Positions 1 through 11,390 of a stretch of DNA of 64,000 nucleotides are shown piece by piece (within the stretch, counting starts at the first letter, position 1; each line of letters starts with the position of its first letter). The translations under genes and the position numbers were made by a program. The notes beneath the pieces are model-generated. The model worked only from the letters and a program-made list of their open reading frames with translations. It had not been told where the DNA came from and searched no databases. Source of the DNA: Yuukianura sp. NJ FZ-2021. Lineage: Eukaryota. Where the stretch lies: assembly GCA_046563655.1 (NCBI GenBank), contig CM102285.1, forward strand, positions 7,006,001 through 7,070,000, in the 5' to 3' direction.

Positions 1-2993
1 CACTATTACGAAATTCGACGTCAAATCAAGATACCACGAATACTGTGTTTCAGTCAAAGTTCGTCCCGTCGTCGATGCTACATTGGGCAACAAGTTACTC
101 AAGCTTTTTCCTGACATGACCATCACTCGAGCCGGCGGGCGTAGACACGCTGACCGTTCCTACTGTGGAATCACCTGGTTAAACTCTCCACCAAATTCAT
201 CAAAAACTTCAAACCATTCTCACAAGGACGACCTTGGACTGTTGCTGGCCAAACTGAAGACATCAATTCCCACCCTCAAACATGTTCCAAAGGGAGCCAG
301 ACGTTCAACGGCGGAATGCCTTTCCAATTTGATCAATGATGTCACCTCATCTAACTCCAAGGAATCCTGGTCAAACCTTTTATTATTTCCTTTCTTCATC
401 CTATCTTCACCTAAGAAGTCTGACAACGTTTCCAATCTAACAACATGGGTGAAGTCCAAGATTTCTAACTTATCATCATCATTACCTTTAAACCTGCACT
501 CATCTTCAATCTCCAACTCCGTTTTCCACTCCAGTCAGAGAAAACCTTCAGACTTTAAATTGTCTTCTCGGATTCTCTCCAAGCTTGCTGATGGCGACAT
601 CCACGGAGCGGTTCGTCTACTCTGCTGCGACGACACTTTGGCTACCGAAGATAGTGCCACACTTGACGCCCTACAGCTTCTACATCCAAAACACCCCGAA
701 CCGTGTCAACTTCCTGTTCAAACACTGCCAAACGAAATCCATTTTGAAGATCAACAAATAACAAAGTCAATCCTTTCATTCCGGAATGGTTCTTCGGGAG
801 GCCTAGATTCTTTGCGACCACAAATTCTCAAGGAGCTAATCTCAAAATCAACGGGAGATGCAGGCATCAACCTCATATCTTCAATTACGAAGTTAGCCAA
901 TCTCGTTGTCAATGGTTCTCTTCCTAATCAAATTCGTCCACTCTTTTTCGGAGCCTCGCTCGTTGCCATTGAGAAGAAAACTGGAGGCATCCGTCCGATT
1001 GCCATTGGTTTGGTTTGGCGACGCCTAGTCTCGAAACTCGTCCTGTCCGAAATGATGAAGAATCTTACCAACTACCTGAGTCCTACACAAGTTGGCGTTG
1101 GCGTGAAGAACGGAGCAGAAGCAGTCGCCCATGCTGCTAGAATCTACGTAAATACTCCTCATCCATCCCCTAAGGTGCTGCTCAAGATGGACTTCCGCAA
1201 CGCATTTAATCTTATTCGAAGAGACAAAATGCTGCAATCAGTAAAGGATAGCTTCCCTGAGTTCTACAACTTCGTATCTCAATCCTACTCAACGGATTCC
1301 GACTTGTTCTATGGATCCTGCCGATTAAAGTCCAGCCTAGGTGTGCAACAGGGGGATCCCCTTGGCCCAGCCCTCTTTGCCCTGACAGTCCATCCCATGG
1401 CTTCTTCTATCAAGTCCGAATTCAATGTCTGGTATCTCGACGATGCTACTATTGGAGACTCTCCTGATGCCGTCTTATCTGAACTGAAGCGAATTGATGA
1501 AGATGCTGCTAATTTTGGCCTACAGCTGAACTTCAAGAAGTGTGAAATTATTGTCGTCAGCGCAAGTCCATCTGAAAGTTGCTCCATTGTGAATTCTTTT
1601 CGTGCGTTTGCTGCCGACATTGGTGTCGTTAACGAAGAAACCGCCGAACTCCTTGGTGCACCTCTAACCACTGCTTCCTGTCGTCGTATAATCAAAAAGA
1701 AAACAGAAGATTTCAGTCGCCTCTCTGCAAGGCTCTCTTTACTACCTGCCCACGCCGCTCTATTCCTCCTAAGAGCTTCTATTTCTACCCCGAGGCTGAT
1801 TTACTTCCTACGTTGCTTCCCATCGTTCCTGGAAATCGATCTTCTGACAACCTACGACAATTGTCTTCGTCAAGTCCTAGTGAACATCATGAACATCAAC
1901 TTATCAGAATCCTCTTGGCAACAATCTTCTCTTGCTGTCTCCGAAGGAGGTCTGGGAATCCGTCATGCAGTTGATTGTGCTACTGTTTCGTTTTTGGCCT
2001 CAATCCACTGCTGTTCTGATCTGGTCAACCTCTACCTGCCAAGCGGTCTGTCACCTTTCGATCTCTCTTTTGATCTGGCTTCGACACAATGGATGGAGAA
2101 AGGCTTCCCACTCCCAGAAAATCCAAAACTACAAAGACAATGGGACCTTGAAATCAGTAAAAATACCTCGAACGAACTGCTTCACAAGTGCTCAACACCT
2201 ACTGAAAAAGCTCGCCTCCTTGCTGTCGCTTCTGCACATGCAGGTGACTGGTTAAACGCGATTCCTTCACCTCAACTTGGAACTCTGCTAAATAACGAAT
2301 GCTTCCGAATCTCATGTGCTCTGCGCCTCGGATCAGATATATGCCTTCCACACAAATGTGCTTGCGGAGCTCAAGTTTCTACCGACGGACTTCATGGCTT
2401 AAGCTGTTTGAAAAGCGCTGGACGACACTCAAGACATAACTCTGTGAACGACTTAATCTTCCGTGCGCTTCGCTCAGCAGGAATCCCAAGCATCAAGGAG
2501 CCGCCCGGTTGCTCGAGATCTGACGGAAAACGACCGGACGGCATCACATTAATTCCTTGGAAGTCTGGTCGCTGCTTAGCGTGGGATTTTACATGTCGGG
2601 ATACGTTTGCATCATCCTACGTTCACTCATGTTCAAACGTCTGCGGGCATGCCGCTGCTCTCGCCGAAACTCATAAACACAACGTTTATGCAGACCTTCA
2701 AGATCGTTTCATTGTATCAATCATCGCTACTGAAACATCTGGGGTCATTGGAGACGAAGGTATGAAGACGCTGAAGTCTATTGGCCAACGGATTGCTGAA
2801 TACACTGGTGAACAAAAAGCCACGTCGTTCCTTTTCCAGAGAATTAGCCTTGAAATGCAACGTGGTAACTGTGCCTCCATCTTAGGAACGCTTCCTCCCG
2901 GAAGAGAATTATTCGAAATATTCTATCTCTAGTATTTAAGTTTCATTCAAGTGTTTTTAAATTAAGGTTCAGTAAAAATAAAATAAAATAAAA
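1..2993 (+). mobile_element. RLE-type non-LTR retrotransposon, 3' part with short UTR and (AAAAT)n tail
   Basis: ORF as above, followed by a ~40-bp UTR and aaaaataaaataaaataaaa at ~2975-2993. The 5' end lies outside the window. Confidence 0.88.
2..2932 (+). CDS. Non-LTR retrotransposon single ORF (CRE-clade-like): RFX-like winged helix, reverse transcriptase, Zn-knuckle, restriction-like endonuclease; 5'-incomplete
   Basis: Frame is open from base 2, so the TTG at 83 is probably not the true start. RT motifs: GLDSLRP, KKTGGIRPIAIG, LKMDFRNAFN, GVQQGDPLGPALF, WYLDD, GLQLNFKK, GGLGI. C-terminal CACG..HGLSC, RHSRHNSVNDLI, RPDG, WDF and AETHK fit a CCHC knuckle plus PD-(D/E)xK RLE. No stops or frameshifts. 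Confidence 0.93.
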   Translation, partial: TITKFDVKSRYHEYCVSVKVRPVVDATLGNKLLKLFPDMTITRAGGRRHADRSYCGITWLNSPPNSSKTSNHSHKDDLGLLLAKLKTSIPTLKHVPKGARRSTAECLSNLINDVTSSNSKESWSNLLLFPFFILSSPKKSDNVSNLTTWVKSKISNLSSSLPLNLHSSSISNSVFHSSQRKPSDFKLSSRILSKLADGDIHGAVRLLCCDDTLATEDSATLDALQLLHPKHPEPCQLPVQTLPNEIHFEDQQITKSILSFRNGSSGGLDSLRPQILKELISKSTGDAGINLISSITKLANLVVNGSLPNQIRPLFFGASLVAIEKKTGGIRPIAIGLVWRRLVSKLVLSEMMKNLTNYLSPTQVGVGVKNGAEAVAHAARIYVNTPHPSPKVLLKMDFRNAFNLIRRDKMLQSVKDSFPEFYNFVSQSYSTDSDLFYGSCRLKSSLGVQQGDPLGPALFALTVHPMASSIKSEFNVWYLDDATIGDSPDAVLSELKRIDEDAANFGLQLNFKKCEIIVVSASPSESCSIVNSFRAFAADIGVVNEETAELLGAPLTTASCRRIIKKKTEDFSRLSARLSLLPAHAALFLLRASISTPRLIYFLRCFPSFLEIDLLTTYDNCLRQVLVNIMNINLSESSWQQSSLAVSEGGLGIRHAVDCATVSFLASIHCCSDLVNLYLPSGLSPFDLSFDLASTQWMEKGFPLPENPKLQRQWDLEISKNTSNELLHKCSTPTEKARLLAVASAHAGDWLNAIPSPQLGTLLNNECFRISCALRLGSDICLPHKCACGAQVSTDGLHGLSCLKSAGRHSRHNSVNDLIFRALRSAGIPSIKEPPGCSRSDGKRPDGITLIPWKSGRCLAWDFTCRDTFASSYVHSCSNVCGHAAALAETHKHNVYADLQDRFIVSIIATETSGVIGDEGMKTLKSIGQRIAEYTGEQKATSFLFQRISLEMQRGNCASILGTLPPGRELFEIFYL

Positions 2994-5414
2994 GTTTATT
3001 TTTATATGCGGTTGACAATACTATTCTCAAAAGCACTGTTATGTGTATTACAGCGTCAGCTTACTACACACAATCCAAATCACAGTTATTCGACCCTTAC
3101 TAAACCCTCCACTTCCTCCGCGTCCAAATGTCCGCTTTGTTCCATTTCATTTCACAGTGTTCAAAATAGTTATTACCCTAGACGAAAAATGTAATTCTGC
3201 CAACTTAACAGTGAAAAAAAGAGCAAGTTGACCTACACTAAAAAGTTACAAAAGTTGTTTGTATTTTTTAAGGCTTCTGTTAGTTCAACACTTTGCAAGT
3301 AGAATCACAAAATTCATTTCAAACGTGTAGACCTTTTACCTTTGCTTCATTTTAATGTTAGAAATGATAGAAAAATTAGCCAACAGCTCAGTTTAAAACC
3401 GCTTCACACCCAAGTTGAGTATCAGTAGCAGGGAAAAACTGCCTAAATTTTGGCTCTGGTGTTGTGCTTTGTTGCCGCCATATGCCGAGTATGGTCTACT
3501 ATATGTTAAATATTTAGAAGATATCGTGAAACAGTATAGGAGGATTTGTTTACTACAGCCTTATGGTTGTTTTAGCGTAATTTTAGAATACATTTTTCAA
3601 ATTTTGTCGGTAACTACTGATTCAGATCGATACAAATGGTGCGCCGTGCTCAACTTAGGCAACCTACAGATACCTTTGGAACCTTTGGAGAACGAGGAAT
3701 TTGTGTGTTACCAAGTAGCGTGTCGTGGTATGTATTAATTAAGTCGTTTCTCTTCTGCCGACTAGAACTAACGTCCCTGTCGAGGTAGAGGCGAGAAAGC
3801 TCAGGTGAAAGCATTAGAATCACTTGGGGAATTCTAAATTCAATTTCACTTTCTCATTTTTCACAACCCAAAGACATTAACGCCCTCCTGGTTTGCCTGA
3901 TTTCCCGACTCTGCTCTATTGACCTTTGACCTCTCATCAGCCATGAGTCGCTTAACCGAACGCAATCCTAACATAAGCCTAATCCTTCCACAACTTTTTG
4001 TAAATAATTTGTTCCACTAGCTCACCTTAAAGTAAAAATCAATTCCTTACTAGACCACAAATATTCTCCTCACCCAGCAGCACTACTCCTCGCGTTGCAG
4101 TTTTTTTAACGTTCGTTTACGTGGGCCGAATCTAAACATTTCTCTGGATTTAAACATTCCGCTTAATATAACTGTGTGTAACTTTTTTCGTTTGTTAAGT
4201 TTAAATTTTTATTCTACTCGTTCCTTCTTTTTTGGATTTTCAGAAGCAGAAAAGTGTTTTTGTTCTTTTTGTTTGAGAAAGCAAATTATTCCACAGGCAC
4301 GACCACTTTCTGTCTCTTGTTCCTCTTCGTTGGTTGCGTCAAGTAACATGTGGATTTTTGTGAAAAATCCGATTCAGCGAAATGGTGTAAAAAAGACAAA
4401 GACAAAGAAGATGCCAGATCGTATTTGCCAGATCAAGTAGTTTCTCCTTCATCGAGAAAATTTATGTCCCTCTGTCCTCCTGTACTGAGATATGTACTTT
4501 GGTCTCTCGAACTTCTTCAAGGAACCATATGAGGAGACTTCTGGAAGTTCTGGACAAAGGAAGTGTGATAGGACGTTCACAAAGCGAAAGTGGCCAAAAC
4601 CCAGCTTCACTTTCACTTCTCCCAGAAAAACAGGATAAGGGTATCCGTCTATGAAGTTTCTTACCGGGAAAGCTCACATTCTAAATCCAATTCCGTCCAT
4701 TGAAAAAGTAAAATCCACTTCACAAGCTCCCTTTTCCCCAGTCTATCTTTTTCTCAAATCTCATGACGAAAAGGGACACCCTCCACTTTGGACTCTAACT
4801 GCCCATCTCTAGGGCTCGTCCCTTTTTTAGGACTTGTACATCCGGACTAGACGGAGAATAGACGGGAAACATAAGCGTTTCTTTGCCACTTCCCAATCCC
4901 TTCAAATTTTCCATTTTTTGTTGATGTTCTCTTTTCAAAATTATTTGGTTCCATATCCATATCCTTACCCGACAAACACCAGCTTGATGGCATCATGCCG
5001 GTTAGGTGATGGAATGATGGCATTCTGATGGCACCGAGTCCGCCATTACGACCATGCGTAGTCCCAGCAATGTACCGGTGCAATGAAATGTTACGGGAGT
5101 TTAGTGCCAGCAATTAAGGCTGAATTCAGGACTACCCGCGCTGGTACAATACAGCGGAGAGATGCAATACCGACTTTACTGGTCGACAGCATCTCCCCAG
5201 TACCAAGCCAATGTAAGTTGAGAAAGGTGTTTTACATTTGGCGTGCCGGTACATTTCCAGTGTTGGGCCATTATGTGGATCTGAAAATGTTTCCCGCCAC
5301 TTTCAACAATGGGATATATTTGAGGTTGTATAAAAAAGGAGGTGTTGCATCATCTCTTTAGCTCAATTGAGCTTTCCTGTATACTTGTACTCAGTCTGTT
5401 ATATAATAATTGAG

Positions 5415-6305
5415 ATGACTCAGTTCAAGTACGCCGTTGTTCTGTTCACCGTTGACAATTCCACTTCAGTGGTACCGAAGTCGTGGATTAGTGATTGTGA
5501 AAACAATTGTCTTATCCCTCCTGACCTCACATCGAAAAAGATTATCAAAGGGATCCCGCCTGGACCGGATTCAACCGCATATGACATCGTTGTTCTCAAA
5601 AAGTTTGGTAAGCTTAATAATTGCATGTCATCATTACTTATGTATTTTTTTAATATTGAGAATTATTGCACTTTTGTAGATGACTACAGTTGCACGACTG
5701 GACTTCAAGTACGACGAAGCAGTCGACATACCAAGTCTAACAGTTTTAACTAATGACGAACTGCTTTTGCTCCTATCTTGGGTTACTGGACAAAGAGACA
5801 ATCGCCAGAAACTGGTAATTTGTACAGTCAAATTATACTACTTTGTCTCACAAAGTGAACGATTGGTAACAAATGACAACATTTGTTGAATTTTTGCAGG
5901 TGAATTTGCTCTCTCGTGTTGGAGGACAGACGTTTGGCCAAACTATGTTCAGCATTTTACAAAAACTCATGCACCACGACTTATCGCTTCAATACCGTCA
6001 TACGAACCACAGTGGAAAGCTAGAATTTGGTGTATTGGAGCTACGAGTGGTCGTCATTGGCAAGTGCTATGCTTACAAATAATTTTTAATTTATAACTGT
6101 GATATAAGTTAAATGAATATTAATTTTAATCGTTTTTTTTTGTTCCTTAGATGCTGTTTTGAAAGCTCATCCAAATACTTCCGAACAGCTGATCAAAACA
6201 AAAATAGGAAGTTGGTTCCGTTGTACTCCTGATCGGAAAGGAGGAAGGAAACATCGCATCCATCCAAGAATCTCTGCTACTGAACATGTCGTCCAGACAC
6301 CTTAG
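5415..6305 (+). pseudogene. Spliced DUF4806/BEN-like accessory gene of the CACTA element, apparently frameshifted or deleted in exon 2
   Basis: Exons 5415-5607, 5680-5814, 5900-6059, 6151-6305. N-terminus YAVVLFTVDNSTSVVPKSWI; C-terminus LSRVGG..ILQKLM..KIGSWFRCTPDRKGG resembles DUF4806. The reading frame shifts just after the exon 2 start. Confidence 0.65.
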
Positions 6306-6620
6306 AAGAAAAATTCTTACAGCGGCACTTCAATCACTTCACGACATTAATTCTCTACTTAACCAAAGTCCAGCACAATCAATGCATGTTCCTGTGGTGA
6401 GAAGTTTAGATATTAGTGATCAGGACAGTTACTCTAGCATTATCGACGTAAATGTTCATAGCTCTGAACTTGACGATTTATCAGATTCCAGTAATGTTGT
6501 GGATTTAGTGTAGCCAAAAAATTCAGTTTTTGTGACACTTTAGGAAACTGGGCAGTCACAAACAACATTTCACATAAAGCTCTTAGACAATTAATTTCAA
6601 TCTTAAATACCGAGTTTAAA
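6286..6620 (+). pseudogene. Truncated N-terminus of CACTA/EnSpm-type transposase
   Basis: MSSRHLRRKIL start overlapping the upstream stop. Out of frame, FCDTLGNWAVTNNISHKALRQLISILN resembles the conserved WA..NI...L..L..IL segment of animal EnSpm transposases. Confidence 0.55.
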
Positions 6621-7542
6621 TAGTTGTTAGTTTTTAACAGAAAATTAAATAAACTGATTGGTTCAAAAAGTGTATACTCTTTAACATGTTTTATTAGCAC
6701 AGGCGCGTGATTTTGTGCTGGGGGAGTCGTTTTTGCCAGTATAGGGAAGGTACTGGTTGTGTACAGGCGAATGCCGTCATGCTGGTAAATGTGCATAAGC
6801 CGGTATCGTTTTCTTACTGGCGACATAATGGCAAACCGGTATAACATTTTACCGGCATCATACCATTACCGAAACAGCACTGGGAGAGTACATGTTACGA
6901 TGCCGAAAAAGCGGACATGCCCAACATTCTCCCATCATTAAGATGCCGGGAGTAAGCCGGTAATGCGCCAGTACTGGGGTGTTTGTCGGGTACCAAGCTG
7001 ACTAAAAATTTTGAGCAATCTCTATGCTCCGAAAGGAGCAAACACTTTATTAAAGTTGTAAGTTGAAAGTTTTGTAAGTGTAATCTTCATACAAATGATA
7101 CGAACTTTTTGATCTGTGATGTATTTCACTTTTGATCTTTTTGACCAACTTATTTAATGAAGGGTACAAAACTTTCTTTTTTGTCAATACTTGAACACAA
7201 TTTATTTTTCAAAAAAAAAGAAGAAAAAAGGCCAACCAAACCCTTGCATGTAAGAAAATAGCGCTTGTGTAAGAAGATTCTTTACAAAGCGTCAACTGTC
7301 TTTTTCACGGTTCTGTACATACTCTTCTACAATTTTAAGCGTTTTGTTTATCTGTAGTCTAGATGAATCCTTAACATACCTTCCAAATTCCTTCAATTTG
7401 AGCATTCTTCATCATTTGGACTTGTTTTTATGTTCACTTGAAAACATGAATTCTTCGAAAGTGAAGACTACTGGGAGTGGGTAATAACTAATTCACTGAA
7501 ATTACCGCAAGTGGTAACGATACCTCAAAAGACACTTCAGGA

Positions 7543-8192
7543 CGAAGCACGCCAATACATAAAAAAAAAGACATCAACTGAAAAGACATCAACACAAAAG
7601 ACATCAACCAGAAAGACATCAACAATGCAAACACATCAACTATAAAAACACATCAACACAAAAGACATCAACAATGCAAACACATCAACAATGAAAAGAC
7701 ATCAAAACAAAAACACATCAACAGAAATTTTATTTTTATACCCAAAATTGAAATTTGGGAATTTTTTTTTCAAAATTTTGAAAAAAGTAAGTCTGGCCAT
7801 ACTATCACAGTTAGCAATACTGATGACGTGTGGCTAGCTTAGCCTGCGGTACCGCGCCGAAGGCGCGGCGTTAGGTTTGGTAAAGCACGCCATAGGGATT
7901 ACGTCTGTAGGTTGGATTGTCTACGTCTGGCTTATTAAATTTTCAAAATTTCAAAAAAAAATTCAAAATTTCAAAAGAAAATCCTTATTTCATTTCTGTT
8001 GATGTCTTTTAGTTTTGATGTCTTTTCATTGTTGATGTGTTTGCATTGTTGATGTCTTTCGTGTTGATGTCTTTTGGGTTGATGTGTTTTTATAGTTGAT
8101 GTGTTTGCATTGTTGATGTCTTTCTGGTTGATGTCTTTTGTGTTGATGTCTTTTCAGTTGATGTCTTTTTTTTGATGTATTGGCATGGACCC
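7543..8192. mobile_element. Foldback/MULE-like non-autonomous element with repeat-containing long TIRs
   Basis: Arms made of (aaaagacatcaac)-type tandem units, inverted at the other end. Direct 8-bp flank cttcagga at 7535-7542 and 8193-8200. Confidence 0.8.
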
Positions 8193-8259
8193 CTTCAGGA
8201 GGATATATTCATTTCACCTCAAACTAGACAACCTTGAACATACATTTGTCATTTCCTTT

Positions 8260-9172
8260 AATAAACGGTTGTAAACCGGTGTACGGAAGTAGCGAAGAAA
8301 ACGCCCCCCCCCTGGGGGGATTGGGGGTGGGTTCCCCCATTTCCCCCCGGGGGGATTGGGGGTGGGCACTTTCCCACCCTCCCTGGGAGAGTGAGGGTGG
8401 TTCCCCCGTGGGAGTGGAGATGAGTTCCCCCCAGGGGAGTGGAGATGGGTTCCCCCGGGGGAGTGGAGATGGGTTTCCTCTGGGGAGTGGAGATGGGTTC
8501 CCCCCGGGTGAGTGGAGATGGGTTTCCCTGGGGGTGGAGATGGGTTCCCCCGGGGGAGTGGAGATGAGTTCCCCCGGGGGAGTGGAGATGAATTCCCGCG
8601 GGGGAGTGGAGATGGGTTCCCCCGGGGGAGTGGAGATGGGTTCCCCCGGGGGAGAGTGGAGATGAATTCCCCCCCGGGGAGTGGAGATGAATTCCCCCGG
8701 GGGAGTGGAGATGAATTCCCCCGGGGAAGTGGAGATGGGTTCCCCCGGGGGAGAGTGGAGATGAATTCCCCCGGGGGAGTGGGGATGAATTCCCCCGGGG
8801 GAGTGGAGATGAATTCCCTCCTCCGTGGTAAAACGACGTTAAAATAAAAAAAAGTTGACCTTTGACCCGGATGCAGGTCACTTGGGGTTATGTACACAAA
8901 AGTTGCTTGTCTCGATGAGACGAACAACTTTTGTAGAGGTCATTTTCCATGTTACGGGGGATGAAGCCGGTTGACCTTGACCTTTGACCCGGAAGGAGTT
9001 GACCCACCGGGATGATATTCAATAGTGAACATCACCGGGTTACTAGGTGTCCACCGGTGAAAACAGATCCCGGATATGTTGAGCGGATCCCGAGATAATT
9101 GCCGCTGACGGCCGGACAGACAGACAGACAGACAGACAAGGTCAAACCAATAAGTAGCTTCGCTACTTAATA
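8260..9172 (-). mobile_element. Non-autonomous Helentron/DINE-1-like element, family A copy 1
   Basis: subTIRs aagtagcgaag (8287-8297) / cttcgctactt (9158-9168), terminal hairpin cggttgtaaaccg, (GACA)n microsatellite at ~9115-9138, central GC-rich minisatellite, A/T-rich flanks. Confidence 0.8.
8408..8817. repeat. GC-rich ~26-28-bp minisatellite (ggggagtggagatg..ttcccccg)
   Basis: About 15 tandem copies. It explains the repetitive spurious ORFs at 8214-8927. Confidence 0.9.
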
Positions 9173-10993
9173 AATATGTATCATACCAATTACTGTTTTT
9201 TGAACTGCCCTACTACGAATTTACCGATTGCGTTAGTACTAGCCCTAATGAAACCTCAATTTTGAGGTATATAGGCTCAGGGGTAAAGGATATTTCTCAA
9301 AGAAGCGCTTTCAAAAAGTGAAGCAAAATTGGGTCAGGCATTTGAATTTTGATGCTATAGTTACGGTGTAAGACTAGATGTGTCAAGTTAGGTAAAGTGT
9401 TGGTGCTGTTTTACTGTTCACACGCAGCATTTATATTGATCTTTTGTGAAACATAAAAAGCTACAAAGCGAAAAGTTACACATGGAATATTGGACATTGC
9501 CCTAGTCACGTAGTTCTGTCACCCACTTTCACGTTTCCCTCCCTGTATTTCAATTTCGTTTAAGTTTTCAAAGTTAGGGCAATAACTTTCTCCAAGGAAA
9601 TCCATAACTCAATTTCCAACCACGAGAGGTGGAACCCCATCCTAGGTTATGTGTGCTTCAGTCAAAATTTCAGTGTGGGTAACTTAAAACCACCGTGACC
9701 TAAATTTCACAACACGTCACAGGTGACGTGACCTCTCCCTGAAATTTCAGTTTTCGTAGATCCCTTGCTCTCATGCCTACATCGTGCTGTGTTTCCATTT
9801 CAGATCAACACAAGAGCACATTATCAATTCCCACTTGCTTCCATTCAGCTAACGTTAAAGTTTTGTAAACAGCTCTAGTCGCTTCAAATTTTGTTGCAAA
9901 ATTAAGTTATGTCATTTTGGGTTATTTACTACAATTTAGCTATTTTTGGTTGTGATTGGCCGTTAGGATGAGAATAGTAAGCTATGTTAATTTAAGCTCA
10001 TCGGGGTTGTTAGGAATAGAATAATGAAATACTCAATTGTTGGAAGGTCTAACTTGGAACAATGCGGTTATAAACTCCGAACTCTCGTTTTTAAGTGGTC
10101 GAGACTTTCAAACCTCAAAAAATTTGAAGCCGTTTCAAGTCTTGAAGCCGCATCAAATTGAGTTTCAAGACTGCTACAAGGTTTGGAAATTTTACACCTC
10201 AGAAATCCTTGTTCATTTTTTTTTCAAAAACGCTGGAGCGCTAATCCCCCACTACTGCACAGGCCAGAAACTAATTAATTAGAAAAGAAACAAGTGAAGG
10301 CTCTAGCATCTAGCATCTCGGAACTCTTTTCAAAGGAGAAGACAGGCAACAGATTGGTGGCCAAAGAAAAATCTAACTTTGGGTTCAAATACCCAAAACT
10401 AAGAGAAGCGAAGAAGAGAAACTCAAGTGTGGCAAATTAATTTCCTTTTGAAACAGGAGACACTCTTTAGTTGGACACTTTCGTTTTCTGGAAAGAGATT
10501 AAACGCACGATTTTCTCAAACGATGTTTTGAAAAACCTCCTTACCAGGCCGAAATTGGTTCTGAACTGACGTCAGAGGAGCAATAACTTGTCTATCGATA
10601 TCTATCTAGTATTGTTGAGCGATATGGCATTGAATTGTTTGAAAAGTTTTCAAGACCCGTTTTTGAGAAAAAAAAATTGGCAAATAGTGAAAGTTAGTAT
10701 TTGCACAAAAGATAGTAAATGTCAAGAGATGGTAAGAGGCTGCGTTAATCAAACACTTATCCCCTCTGATCATGTCAAATTCATCTTGAGGATGTTCCTC
10801 TTCCTAACGTTAAGTTGTGCATGACAATGTCTCATTTTCAATATTTGAGTAAGGTGGATCTTGGAAGTTCCTGGAGGGTTCAAGGGTTGTTAGGTTCGTG
10901 TTCCTGCGGGCCTCATAACTCCATTGTTTGTCATTCATTACAGAGACTGACAGGAGTGATTAAAGTCAGGAATTGCTGGGTAAGCACTAGGAT

Positions 10994-11381
10994 CAGTGTT
11001 GGTGGATATCCGCTTTTTCGGCATTTCATCCACGGCTGGATATCCAGTGGAAGAAATGGATGAATCCAAAAGGGCGGAGTGTTGCCTGCGGGATTTGAAC
11101 TAGTTAAATACAAAAAGGTTAAACAGTTCAAAATACCGTACAAAAACGAAGGAAATCTCGTTTTTATATGAGTTTTAAATAAATAATTAATTTTAACGAT
11201 CAAGGGAACTCATTTTCATATTATTTTGTAATTTTAAATTTGAATTTTTTGTATTCCGCGCTAAATTCTTCATTTCTTCCATCCACTACAAGTTCCATCC
11301 ATTTCGGGAGCATTTCTTCCAGTGGATATCCGGTGGAAGTATCAGTTAAGCCAATGGACGTTTAAGCATCCAGCAACACTG
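10994..11381. mobile_element. hAT-type MITE
   Basis: TIR cagtgttg(g/c)tgga; exact 8-bp TSD actaggat at 10986-10993 and 11382-11389. Confidence 0.88.
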
Positions 11382-11390
11382 ACTAGGATT

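Larger units (their letters stand above)
4968..6990 (+). mobile_element. CACTA/EnSpm (CMC)-like DNA transposon, internally deleted
   Basis: Perfect 13-bp TIR cccgacaaacacc (4968-4980) / ggtgtttgtcggg (6978-6990), with TA on both sides. GC-richer subterminal regions. Carries a DUF4806-like gene and the start of a transposase. Confidence 0.8.

Noticed and set aside
8214..8927. Long Pro/Gly-rich ORFs on both strands
   Set aside because: Translations of a minisatellite inside a HINE-like element.
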